This document shows positions 50,851-63,200 of a stretch of DNA of 64,000 nt, piece after piece. A model generated the notes under the pieces. That model saw only the letters and a list, made by a program, of their open reading frames with translations, did not search any database and was not told the origin of the DNA. Position 1 is the first letter of the stretch, and each line of letters opens with the position of its first letter. The DNA is from Phoronis australis (lineage: Eukaryota > Animalia > Phoronida): positions 122,229 to 186,228 of the forward strand of contig NMRA01000158.1 in NCBI GenBank assembly GCA_002633005.1, read 5' to 3'. A program made the translations under genes and the position numbers.

Positions 50851-51765
50851 TTAACCATCGACTTTGTCCGAGCCAACTGAGCTGTCCCAGCCGATTGCGC
50901 TACGTTTCTGCACGTGCTGTTGTGGAACTTTCGACTCGTCGTTAACCCGTTGTGATATACTGTCCCAGCCACGTTTAAATCTGTTTCTTTGGCTGCCTGA
51001 ACTGGGGCTATACCAACCGTCGATACTAACAGGGTGACTGTCCCAACCTCTCTTCACGCGCTTTGCATCATCAGTGGATTCTTGCACTCTATGTAAATGA
51101 AATAAACTGTCCCACCCGCTGATAGGGGAACTGTCCCTACCACGTTTGACTCGGCTGACGCTGTCCCAGCCAGCACTACGTCTAGCTCGGTTTTCACTGT
51201 CCCAGCCTGCGTTACGCCTAGCTCTTTTTTCACTATCCCAGCCAGCGTTACGTCTAGCTCGGCTTTCACTGTCCCAGCCTGCGTTACGCTTAGCTCGTTT
51301 TTCACTGTCCCAGCCTGCGCTACGTCTAGCTCGGTTTTCACTGTCCCAGCCTGCGTTACGCTTAGCTCGGTTTTCACTGTCCCAGCCTGCGTTACGCTTA
51401 GCTCGGTTTTCACTGTCCCAGCCTGCGTTACGCTTAGCTCGGTTTTCACTGTCCCAGCCAGCGTTACGTCTAGCTCGGTTTTCACTGTCCCAGCCAGCGT
51501 TACGTCTTGCGCGGTTTTCACTATCCCAACCAGCGCTACGTTTGACCACTGAGTCCCATCCGCGTTTTACCCGCATATTGGCATCACCTATACCGTCCCA
51601 TCCATGAATTCTGTTCCAACCATCGATACTGCCTCGCTCGTTGTTGTTTCGTTTTACTATGTTCCCAACCCGGTTAAGAGGCGTCGATATCTCCTTCTCG
51701 ACTGGCTTGCATGTCACAGTCGATGCAACCACTAGTAAAAGTAATATCATTTCTTTGATGCCCAT
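50851..51765 (-). CDS. Secreted multi-copy peptide precursor (neuropeptide/prohormone-like) releasing non-amidated GWDS peptides, 304 aa
   Basis: Signal peptide (MGIKEMILLLLVVASTVTC), 17 GWD motifs, 11 tandem (N/S)AGWDSxx units each followed by RARR/RAKR/RVKR, and an intact ORF. Splice acceptor tttctatttttAG at 51872 in the 5' UTR. Confidence 0.9.
   Translation of the reverse strand: MGIKEMILLLLVVASTVTCKPVEKEISTPLNRVGNIVKRNNNERGSIDGWNRIHGWDGIGDANMRVKRGWDSVVKRSAGWDSENRARRNAGWDSENRARRNAGWDSENRAKRNAGWDSENRAKRNAGWDSENRAKRNAGWDSENRARRSAGWDSEKRAKRNAGWDSESRARRNAGWDSEKRARRNAGWDSENRARRSAGWDSVSRVKRGRDSSPISGWDSLFHLHRVQESTDDAKRVKRGWDSHPVSIDGWYSPSSGSQRNRFKRGWDSISQRVNDESKVPQQHVQKRSAIGWDSSVGSDKVDG
51142..51537 (-). 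repeat. Coding 36-bp tandem repeat, 11 units
   Basis: Plus-strand unit gctcggttttcactgtcccagcc(t/a)gcgttacg(ct/tc)ta; 396 bp with no indels. Confidence 0.95.
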
Positions 51766-54436
51766 CGCAAATTTCGCAAAATGTTTTCTTACTCTTGAGA
51801 TGCCAAGTCAATTTCTGATTTCTTTCGGTCCTGAGTTCCTACTTTTATACGGACAGTCTGCTTGAAGTAATCTAAAAATAGAAATCTATATTTTATTTCG
51901 GGAAGAACAAGGAAGATATTGACTTCGGTGGTCATCGGAAATCTTGAACACATTCCCTATCCGGTATGTGTATTTCTATTATGAACAAAACCGGGAACTG
52001 GTTTGATCGAAACTACTCCTTGATGACATCACAATTACTATGAGAGCAGGAGCTACAGGACATGCGTACAGGATGCATTGAAAGTATTCAACTCTAAACT
52101 GTGAGTTGTAAGGAAAACAACTCCAGGTACTAGAGACCCGGTTGAATACAACTTCGACTTTTCTAAGTAACTGATTAGTATTTAGTGCGTGAACACTTAA
52201 AAGTTTTTCCTATTATTTTATACTCAACATCTGCCGAATTTTCTTTGTTTCGTTTATATTTAATTGAATGGTTACGATTGGTTAAACTGGACTGAGGATA
52301 CACTTTGATTGGTTGGTTACTGTACTTATATGTCACGCAGTGAGTGTCAGGCGGAATGTGACGAGAGTTATAGGCGTCGTTTTTTGTCTGACGAGTTCAT
52401 TTCTTTAGATAAACAAGTGCGCTTCGCAAATGTCTTGAGCTGAACACAATACAGCTTTGGATATATTGCAAATGAACGTGTGACTTTCCGCAGAAGCTGT
52501 GAAATAACTTGGCGGCAGTCAGTCCACTGTTGTTGTTTTTGTCGTTTTTTTAGTATAAATGACATTTGAAATAGAACCAGGAAAACTCTGTGTGGTCAGG
52601 CACCGGACGTCGATTGTCTAACATGAGGCTAATCAAGCGCTACAGTTTCTCCGAATTCTACCACAGTGCGACGTCATTGCCTAGCCGGCATGTGAACCTG
52701 ATACCCACGGAAATGCAGCTTTATTGGACTATAATGCGAACCTGCTCACTCGTGTATTGTTTTGTTACAATAAAGAAAACTGGACATCATGTCTTGAGAC
52801 GAACGGGGCACTGCAAGGTTCACTGATTTCACTGATGCTCTAAGAATTTCTTACTCAAAGGTTCCAAACATCCAAAACAAAGATTGTATTAGTAATACAC
52901 CGTCATAAAAACAACTTTATTTGAAGACCAAAATTTTCCTGTCCAGCGCCGTTTGAACTACTCCGTATTGACGTATCGGTTACATGTTACGCCCCCTTGC
53001 TGCTTGTTTGTGGTTATTATAAACAAAACGATAGTAATAACAACAACAATAACATTTTATAACAGTAACGATAATAGTGATAACAGTAATAATTATGATA
53101 TTGCTGACTGAAATTATGATGACGTTGATAACTTGTCATAATGTGACAACGGTAAAATAATCAACAGCGATATGTTTTCGCTTTGAGCATAGGTTCACTT
53201 CTTCATTGTCCATATGAAGGGATTTTATTTTAATCTTTTTGATGTCATTAACTACTTTGCTTTATAAAAGTTAATAGGCCCCATGTTGAAACTCGTACGT
53301 TTCCATGAAATTTGATTTTTAAATTTGAACAACACTGCAAATTCGACATAGAATAGTACAAAATTTGAAAAACAAAGAAAATTGATGTTCCTTAGGGACG
53401 ATACTGCAAGTAGTATTTCCGTTTGTTATATTAAGCCATGAAAACACACAGTTTTATAACTGTTCACATTATTGTGCATATTTAAGGCAAACTTATGAAT
53501 TTATGAGCATCATCTGGTGTCGAAATTTAGAACTACCATTCCAAACATTTTAATGTTGTTACTGAAGTCGTAAACAAAAATGTATTACAAAACAGTCAAT
53601 TTCGCCAGAACTTTCATACTTTCTTATTAGAACGTTTTACAATTGGCATTAAATCAATCTGACATCTATCAAGTGTTATTTTGTAAACTCCGAGAATTTT
53701 CATTTAACAAAATTAAAGTTAACCCTAGAGTTGTTTTAGGGCAAAAATCAATTTTACTGTCAAGTTGGATACTAGACATGGAGACTAATTTGTTAAAATC
53801 CATTTTTTGAATTTTTTAATTAAAAATGAAGCGGAAAGAGTTTTTTCATGTCAAAATTTTAAAAACTCTGTTGATGCACGCGCTGTTTGTAAAGGATATC
53901 AGCATAGCTGAGAACATGAGGACTTTCTCAAGTACAAGTGTCATAATGAATAGAACTTTGAGCAATTTCTCAATTTCTGATCCCGTGATTGGAGGCAGTA
54001 CACAACTCCACCTCTTGCTAAATAATGCTGTTCCAGGAGTGCATAAAATCTACTTTTTACAAAAAATGAGCAACTTAAAGTGCGGGGACTATTCGAATAC
54101 CAACTGCTTGAAGATATTTTAGCCACATAAGAAAAATAGAAGCTACAGCCTCCCGTCCGCCCATTACTACTTATACTTTAGAAGTGGCACAATTCAATTC
54201 CAACGTAAAATCGGCCCATCCTAAAACTTTGTGAAGTTCATGCATATAGGACTATAAAAATGTCCAAAATTGGTTAACTTTGGAGCGCCATTTCTCAGAA
54301 ATGGCTCATCATATTCGTATGAAACTTTCAGACAATATGCTTTCTGCTCTGTTAACTAAAAATTGTCAAACGATTGTTATTTACGTGAGATTTTTGAATT
54401 GTTTGTGTACAACATGGCGTTGGCGATACTGCCTCA

Positions 54437-54900
54437 TTGATACGTGATTTACAGCAACGATGCTGTGACCTTGATATGCTCAAATGGAGAAACAATATAT
54501 CTTCCCAACCGTTAGATGTTTATAAAATGGTAAAAATTGATTTTGTTATTAAAAAATACTTAACATGTGTACAAAACAGTTCACTTAGAGCTCATTCGTT
54601 GATTAAAGGGGAAGATTTGCTGGTCTTGATAGAGAGGGGAGGACATGTCCCTGACGCAATAGCGAAAGAGTGGGATTAGAAATACACTTTCTTATCGACT
54701 GTAAATTATGTACTGATTTGCGCATACAGTTTTTAATTAGATTCGATAGGGTGGATGAAAGAGAATTCGGGGATCTCCTGCAGACTCATGACCTAAATAA
54801 CTCGAGAAAAATTACTAAATATTCAACCAATGCTGAGAAACGTCGAAATGAGTTTCTTGACATAAATTTAGTTTTATTAAATTTTTGTTTGTTCTGTTAA
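54437..54900 (+). pseudogene. 3' remnant of a non-LTR retrotransposon ORF2
   Basis: 'LDVYKMVK..IKKYLTCVQN..LR' and 'EIHFLIDCKLCTDLR' resemble the C-terminal CCHC region of LINE ORF2. Confidence 0.55.
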
Positions 54901-55985
54901 CTAAAAAGCTGTTAAGAATTGTTTTCAGAACCACGAACGTTCCAACTGTGCATGAGGAGTCATCAAAAAGTAGAATTTTTAGGATTTTTGCAAAATTTAA
55001 AAGTTGCACGATACGAAAACGATTTAAAAAACTGCAACAGGATTTTGGAAATTTTATCTGGAAAATTTATAACAAATTTAATTTGGTCTTTTTTATACCG
55101 TCGTTTTGATGTGGCTGTACCTTTTTTGTCAATTTTTTTAAGAAGTCATTTACACGTGACCCAATTAGTGACAGATTTATACGAAGTCAAAAATCGAATT
55201 TTGCGGACATTCTACCGTCCGAAAATATATACTTTTACTGCATCAAACTCCATAGTTTTGTAGACATTTTACTAAGGCCCACACTTGTTGATCAGGTCGT
55301 ACAAGACAAAGCAATGAATGAATCAGTTGGGATCAAATGTAGAGCGAGTAATACAGAATTTACGTGATCATATGTCGGGCTACCGCTCTAAGCCCATCTT
55401 GTCGGGTCAGAGGTCAGCGCTGACGTTGTATTTCACTGGGCTGCGATTATTGGCTTATAAATTCGAACAACGTTAGCGAGGAAGTCTCCAAATCGTCTTC
55501 GAGTGTTCGAGGGGCTCTAACTTTGTCTAAATTTGTTGACACCATGCCATGGAGAATTGAAAAACTAAAGCAAGCTTGAATCATGGAAATATATCAATTA
55601 ACCAATTTTATAAATTTTGCTGAATACTGAACGATCTTGAAGACTAGTCGTGAACGTTTGAGACACCGTGTACAATAGGCACTGACTGGTGTACCCCAAG
55701 GCTTTTAGACGACCTGCTGCAACGATACCCGCGTAGGGAAACAATTACCCCCCTGATACGAGGACAATAGTAAAAAATTCCGCGATCAAACTAAGAAAAA
55801 AATCACATAATCTAAAAAAATCGGAAAACTATTCGTCCCCAAGCAGCAAAAATAACGGTTTTCTTATCTATTTTCGGAAAATTCATTTGGCCTTTTGCTG
55901 TATCGTTATTCAGCGAGCATGTTGGCGTCAGTGGTCTACGACAGATCAATGAAAGGCACCGCATTTTTATATGTAAAACCAGTTT

Positions 55986-56143
55986 CAGTGGCGGATTTAG
56001 AGGGGGGTCAAGGGGGCCATGCCCCTCCCTAAAACTTTCCCAGATTCCATTTGGCAATTGGGGGATGCGAATGTCTGACGAGCAAAATCCTGGCTAATAC
56101 TATGCCCTGGCCCCCCTAACCAAAAATTATAGATCCGCCCCTG
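55986..56143. mobile_element. 158-bp GC-rich MITE with 5-bp flanking direct repeat
   Basis: agttt|CAGTGGCGGATTTA...TAGATCCGCCCCTG|agttt. Confidence 0.75.
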
Positions 56144-56746
56144 AGTTTCACCAAAAATTCATGCTTTTATGTAAAAGTTTATAAAACCAAGTTCGCTGAT
56201 TTTGTTACTAACTACAACAGACGCTTGAATGCCGTTAAAAAATTTCAACGTGAAAACAGTAGGATGATTCAGATATACATTCAAGTTTCTGTGCGTATCA
56301 ATAATCTTAAAATACTTCATCAATAAAAGAGTATAAATATTGAATTGTCTATAGAGAAATTGTAACCTCTGTCTCGATCTTTTCCAGCCCTAAATATCCC
56401 ACGCCCGTGGTCTTTAAAGCAAAATTACTGTTTTAAATGGTTTTGTGTTTTTAAGAAATGGCAATGTATCAAACATGAAGTTCATTTGTAATGGTAAAGA
56501 AATTGAAATTTTTCATAAAATTGTGAATTAAACAATGGTGTCAGAATGAGAGTTAGAAAATCTCTCTAATTATTAAGTTTTTGGAACTGTTTTCATAGCG
56601 CAAAAAGTATCTTTCTGCGCGAAAAACTCTAGTTACGTGATAGCCACCAAAACGCTTCGTAGCGCTGTGCCAGCATATACCTAGCAGTACAGAGAGGTCG
56701 CTCGTGTGCCGACAGTTTCCTCCAGTCTTAGAATTATCTCATTTCT

Positions 56747-56811
56747 ACTCACCTACCAGTCCCAACAATATTTTCCGATTAAAGTCTGCTTCTCTCAGCT
56801 ACATTTATATA
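56747..56811 (-). promoter_or_regulatory. Putative TATA box, short non-coding exon 1 and splice donor for the GWDS precursor gene
   Basis: Minus-strand TATATAAA at 56811-56804 and consensus donor AG|GTGAGT at 56753/56752, about 50 bp downstream. This would splice to the acceptor at 51872. Confidence 0.45.
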
Positions 56812-58129
56812 TACCTACGCAATGAATAGGTCATGATTGAAACACCTGTGGTGAAACGCGGAATTCTCGGAACCCTCCGTATAGAAAAAAGTATTACTCT
56901 AGGCTTCCTCCAACTGTGCCCGGGGGCACTTATGACTTGGCCATGATTGTGAGTTATGAAAGAATATGCTGTGTTTCATCAGTTCATTCATTGTGATTAG
57001 TTGTGTTGCAATATGACACAGACGCCATTTTGAGGAAGTGACTTCCAAACCTGTCTAAAAACGTTCGTCACGTCGGACCTGTCGAGACAAAGAAGATATT
57101 CCATAGATATCGGGTATTCAAGTTCCCGCAGAAAACACACCCTTATATAAAACAACATATTACTGTGATTTAAAATGAGTCTTTGTTGGCAACGAAATAT
57201 GTTGCGTCTCAATTTATCTCTAAAGTCCGTGAGATGCGGACGCAACGTGGCTAATTTTTCTAAGTTTTTATTCCAGTATTAGACTCAAACTTTATCAGTT
57301 TTTTCAACTGGATGTCTCAAAATTTTCATGCTTTTAATTTATCCCCAGCTTCACAACTGGTACAGTACACTCGTCACTGTTTTAGTTTTGGATCCTGGCA
57401 AGTGTCAATCCTTGCGCATGTCTGGTCTATGCCTGATAAATGTGCTAATGTATTGTTTAAGCTGCAGAGTGACGTCACAGTATTGGATCCGTTGAATAGT
57501 GTGGAGTCCTGTGACCGAAGAAATAAAAAACTTCATTTTAATATATTTTAGAATTGCAATTGTCACTTGACATTTCAGTGAAATATCGATCACGTCAATT
57601 CGAAGCCCACGGACACGAAATAAATATATTAAGCAAATATGTATACTCAAATAGAACTAATAAAGCTCACACGTGAAACTGGACATCAGGCTTAGTTGTC
57701 ACCCAGTGAGACTGAAAATTAGTCAAAAATTGAAATCTCATAACCACGACTTTGGGAAACGTAAACAGATACACCGATACTATAACGACGTGATAACGTC
57801 TGAGAAATTTTCTGAATGGAGACAATACCTAACACTAAATGCGGGAAAACGGAATAAGATTAAAATTCCTTTGCAATATGAAGATGAAACAGTGCTCTAA
57901 GACGGCGGAAATGAATCTATAAAAAGTATCTTGGTCTTCTCGACAAGTGGATTCGTGTAAATCATAATTGTAATTCTCGTCTTAGCTTCTCAAATATTAA
58001 TAAATACATTGGGAAATAACTTAAGCGAGAATTGATCAGAAATTTTAAAGAAAAATGATGAAATTGTGGGAGAAATATTGACGTGGTCTAGAAGATCATT
58101 AAACACTCTTGGGAGAATAACTGTTCGTA

Positions 58130-59400
58130 ATACCCCGTTCACACTTTGGCTGAAACGGTAGTGTTTTCGCCAGCGATATAGCAGCACAAAACGACAGCTA
58201 TGTGAACGGCTACAACTGTTACATTTGCTTACAGTTTGAGTTACCCCAAAACTAATTGCGTTTTCTCTAGCACTTTTGCAGGCAGGCCATTTGCATCGAA
58301 GAACACGTTGGTGCGTAAGGGCAAGAAGCAACGATTCTTATGGTATGGCCAAATAAACTACCTAATGGTGTTCCATCGAAGCAGTAACTCCAGTGTAAAA
58401 CAGATATCCGGGAGTCGAAAACAAACTCTTGCACCTTCAAAATAGCCAACGGTCTCGAAAAACGAGCACCCTGGCCTTTAAAGCAGGAACCCAAGGATTC
58501 TAGGACCGTTGTCAGTGTCTTCAAACTTTGAGTTAAAGCATCTTCAAGTACTTTCCAGTTGTTTTCTGAATTTGTTTGTGGGAAATTGTCAATTATAAAA
58601 CGTAACTTATAGTACATTGACTTAAAAATTTGATTTTGTCGGGAAAGCGCGTGCTACTTGTCTGTGGTCGAATTACAAAATAATCTATACTCTCAACATG
58701 TTGTTATCGCGGTGAGTATTTAGTTAATTTCAGACTATTGATTAGTTTCTCCATGAATATTTTTAAACATGAAAAACAAAAACAAAGATATTATTTCGAC
58801 TTTCGAGTGCCATTTTCCGTTAATTTATTGTAACGTGTACGCAGCCTCGTGAAATAGAACACTTGATTGCGGTAAAAGAAACTGGCCAACAGGTGACGCA
58901 ATATTTCATTTCGACGCATAAGCTCGCATCACAACTTCAGCGGCAGAATAACGTAGAACACCAATCTGTCATAAGTTGTCTAAACTTCTCATATTGAAAA
59001 AAAAAAACACCATATCACAACAACTATTTAAAGGAGGAAGATTTATTTTTCACCAAGCAATATTTGACAGAAAGTGCTGGAGTGGTGTTTCAGTCCTCAG
59101 GTTCCCTGTCTAATCCCCAATACCTGTTTGAATGGTCAAGATTCGTGTTGTGTTTCGAGCTGGTTAGCTGTTTTGAAGTGCAGGAGTCTGTTTTCGACTC
59201 AGGGATATTTGTTTTACACCTGGGTTCCTGTTTCGATGGAACACCGTGTACCTAATAGCGAAATTACCCTTTCGCAGCCAGTTACTGTAGTTTGTATGGC
59301 TAAAACACTAGCGCTTCCGCTAGCGCTTCACCCAATGAAACCGCTGCCGTTTTAGCCAGTGAAACTCTTAGAGGTTTCGTCAGTAGTCTGTTCCTAGCCC
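58130..59400. repeat. Diverged inverted repeat pair (~58130-58480 versus ~59030-59400), possibly two Kolobok-like ends
   Basis: ttccatcgaa..gtgtaaaaca.atatcc..gagtcgaaaaca.actc.tgcac is the reverse complement of 59160-59245. CCTTTAA at ~58475 and TTAAAGG at ~59028. Confidence 0.55.
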
Positions 59401-60103
59401 GTTTCCTTTTTTTCTGAAGTGGGACTCACAGAACGTTATTGATACATCCAAACGGTGATTGCTCTCTTAACTTTTCAAATGATGCGAGAAAGTGATCCCA
59501 GATACGTTTTCTTTATCCTCTTAATATCTACCAAGTGAAAATTTAAGTCTAACAGCCAAATCTCTGCACGCTTTAGAAACAGAGCCGGAAAATAAATCCG
59601 GGAGTGTACGAATGTTGTGGTCTTCTATAAGTCAACTATAGTTTTCAGAAAACAAAAATTCTTAATTTCTCATTGGTAAATTACACGAATTAAATTTAAT
59701 TAGTTTTCTCATTTGTTTGCTGGGAAAACATCACGTTTATCTCTGAAATGTTCTTAAGCGTTATCAGTTGAAAATAATTCGGAAGGAAATAATAATAAAT
59801 AAAAGAGCTTTTATTTTGAAAACTTTTAATATGAAAATGTTAAATGAAGATGGTCCTCTTTGTTTGTTTGAATGTTAGCTAATCTTAAATTTAATGCCTG
59901 GTCTTGAAATACGTGAACGTGTGTGACAAATTAGTCATAAATTCTTTCTTATAATTTGTTCGAATTTGTTATTACTTGAAATAAAGAGATCAAATCTCTT
60001 TACAAATTCGTTCGCTTGGGTTACGCTATGTAGCTGTTCTGACGTGTTGGCTCGGTGGACGATATATAACCCAGCGTTGCGTTTGTAAGTCCATTCAGCG
60101 CTT

Positions 60104-60224
60104 TACACACATACACGCGTGCGCGTGCACTTACACTAATACACCCACACCTGCACACACACACACGCGCGCGCGCGCACGCACACGCATACACACGCAC
60201 ACACACATACACATATACACATAT
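60104..60224. repeat. Compound (CA)n/(CG)n microsatellite
   Basis: Alternating purine-pyrimidine tract acacacac..gcgcgcgc..acacatac. Confidence 0.9.
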
Positions 60225-60599
60225 ATCCCAGCTAGCGTAACGTTGCACATTGTAGTCTAAAGCGAACAAGGAACAAGCTAACTTCAAGGTCAATGTCGTC
60301 AGTATTGATTGAAACCATTCCCCGTATTCCCTATCCGGTTGATTGATTTCGATTATCAATAGAACGAGGAAATCCACTCCTACACGAGATCCAGATTTAC
60401 TATGTTAAACTTCGGAGCCTAAATACGGGATGGATTTAAAATAACAAAACCAAAAATATAAGTTACTTTCATAAAAATATCCTGCATTCATTTAAAAGGG
60501 AGTGTTAGGACACGGGAAATAATGGGTTACACATTTGAGTGTCAGTTACTGACAACATCCAAAACAAAAATGCTCGTGAAAGTTTGAAAATAAACATAG

Positions 60600-63200
60600 C
60601 CGAATTTTTTTCAGATATTCATTATCATTGATAAACAAGTACAAAAACAAACATTCATTCACACATGCACACTTCAGGGGAGACAATTCTCATATCTCGT
60701 ATAAAGTAAACAACTGCTACATGGAGTTAACGTGAACAATAAAATTTTCCCGGAGAAGCTGTCATATACAAAAGTGTTATATGCAATTAATTTTTTAGCA
60801 TGTAGCAAACTTGTGAATATTAGGTATAATTTTGTGACATCTCTCCTTGTAAATGTACTGTTTGGCTAGAAATAGTAAAATGTTAAATATAAAATCGTGT
60901 GTCTCATAAAGCCCAAGAATAACACGTTCGTAAGAGAGACAGTTGGGAAGCTGAATGAGACACTTTTGAAGTAGTTTTCTGGATTCCTTCCAAAAATCTT
61001 GTACAGGGCGACATTCCCAAAAAAGGTGTGACATCGTCTCTGGTCAGGAACTTTATTACAAAAGGAACATAAATTAAAATCCCGAACTTGGATTTTGCCT
61101 AAAAATGTATTTGTTTCAATAATCCTGTGTATTATTCTAAACTGGAACCATCTAATGTTGGTATCCTTTGTAACTTTATAAGGCAAGGCGTATATTTTCT
61201 TCCAATGTAAACTAACTCTAACTCTATTTCCCATTTACACTCTGACTTAGAAGGTTTCTTAGTGTTGTTAAAGATAGAACAAATATGTCTACAACCCTTC
61301 AAATCTTCCGTAAGTTAGTAATTGCTAAAGACATGCAAGGAGACTAGACATTAACACTTTAAAATTTACTTTGAAATAGACTTTTTGAAACCTTTTTAGA
61401 ATAGAAACAACTCCGTTATATTTTACAAAGTTGTTTTTTACATCGAACCCATCTATCATATGGTTTAAACTAACGAAATTTCCACCTGAGGTATACATAA
61501 CTCTGAAAATCTTAAGCGTTTTACAAACTATGACGTATAAAAACACTTGTGCCTCTGTTAAACCACAAAAGTTGATTCAAAAAGACTTCTTTACTCGCAA
61601 CAATTATTTTCTACATAAAGATGTTATACTTCCAAATACGTCGCGCCAGTAGGAATTATCAACTAGAGTTAACTTCGACTTAATAAAGTCATCTCCAAAT
61701 GAAGCAAAATTCTTCAAGAACGGGTTGAGTGAGTATAGTAATTGACCACTTTTAGACGCAGAACTTTCAAGATATCTACGGGCCATGGCGAGTTTTAAAG
61801 CTTAGCTGAAGGTATGTATATTAACCATTTGAAGTCAGATCTAGTCCTAAACAGGCCGCAGTGCATTTAATTTTATCATTACGAGCCTGCCAGAGACCGG
61901 AGACACTAGCAAACAAATGTCATTCATTCAATGTGGTAGTCAATGACAAATTCGACCCATCCAACGTAACTGATGCGTCGTCCGCATATTGTGAAATCAA
62001 ATATTCCTTATTTCTTGAAACTACACCAGCAATATTTTTATTATTCTTGATTAAATACGCCAAAATCTCCGCGCAAAATGTGAAAATGTAGGGAGACAAA
62101 GGGTCACCTTGTCTGCAGCCATATTGAACCAGGAAGATTTGTGACCATTTACAACAAACGACTTAATATTACTATAAAAGACTTTTACCCACCTCCTGAT
62201 CGACCAACCAAAATTAAGTAAAAGCAATCCTGGTTTGTTAGTTGACTAGGCATAAAACATTAAATCATATAACGCGGATATTTTCGTTCATATTTCTTCC
62301 AGAAACAAAACCTGTCTGAGCCTTGCCAAGTAGTTTTCCCCAAACAGATTTTAACCATTCAGCCACAGCCGAAGAAGTCAATTTGTATGTCACATTGAGT
62401 AAGGATATGGGTCTCCAGTTTTTCAAATAATGTTTACGTATAGCTGCTTCCTTAGGGATACACGTAATCACTCCCTCTTTCAGTGTTCATGATAACTGAC
62501 CAACAGCAAAATCAGTATTAAGTGAACAAACAACGAAATGTCCAATGTCAGACCAAAAAGTTTCAGGAATGCCACTGAAAAAACCATCGGAGGCTGGGCT
62601 CTTGTTGTTTTTCATTTTTTGAAGCATTGCGTGACTTCTTCGTATGTAAGAAGACCTTCTAATATTTGTTTTCTGTCTCATTCAGTTTGGAAACACACAC
62701 CTTATTGTTAGAATTTCTATATTTGTATAGTGCATTTGTACAGATTTTCATAAAATGCTGTGGTTTCCTGAGTAACATCTTCTTCACTATTTCGTGTATA
62801 TCTTTACAGCAACGCACCTTTCAGACGAAAACTTCCAACTCGATAACATCCTTGTGGGGTTCTTAAGGACACCAATACGGGTCGGTGTTACTAGTGGGTT
62901 CCTGAATGTCAGATTTAGTGTACATTATCAGGCTTTTAACGGAAAATTTACTACAACAAGGCAAATGTATCATTACTTCTGATGGAGGGGCGATTAAATA
63001 GCTTGAATATAGACAACAACATGTGACACTGAGGCATCTCAATTTGTTCAAAAGTGAAATTTAAATGCATCATTATAAAAATCAGTTTTAACTTGTCTTC
63101 GCACCAATTGGGCAGCATGAATCTTTAGTTCTTTCGTCATTCGTAGAAATTATTTTTGTTTTCGTAGATAGCAGAGATCAGTGTTACAGTTGTAATGTTG
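60600..63200 (-). mobile_element. Degraded L1/Tx1-clade non-LTR retrotransposon (ORF2: RT and C-terminal zinc-binding region)
   Basis: 'MKNNKSPASDG', 'LKNWRPISLLNVTYKL', 'QTGFVSGR', GCRQGDPLSPY, SQYADD, 'IRWFQFRIIHRII.TN', 'CSFCN', 'HLFWEC'. Many frameshifts and internal deletions. Confidence 0.9.

Noticed and set aside
51142-51537. 36-bp periodic array as a CRISPR array
   Set aside because: The units are contiguous with no unique spacers, lie in frame in a signal-peptide ORF, and the context is eukaryotic with no cas genes.
51054-51607. Alternative-frame and antisense repetitive ORFs (VTQAGTVKTELS..., RFSLSQPALRLA...)
   Set aside because: They are open only because the 36-bp unit lacks stops in those frames, and they have no signal peptide or coherent flanks.
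50851-51765. Calling the precursor APGWamide or MIP/allatostatin B
   Set aside because: There are no W-G-K/R amidation sites and no W-x6-8-Wamide pattern, so no gene symbol was assigned.
60021-60377. 118-aa ORF with a VCVC/ARAR tract
   Set aside because: It is the translation of a CA/CG microsatellite.
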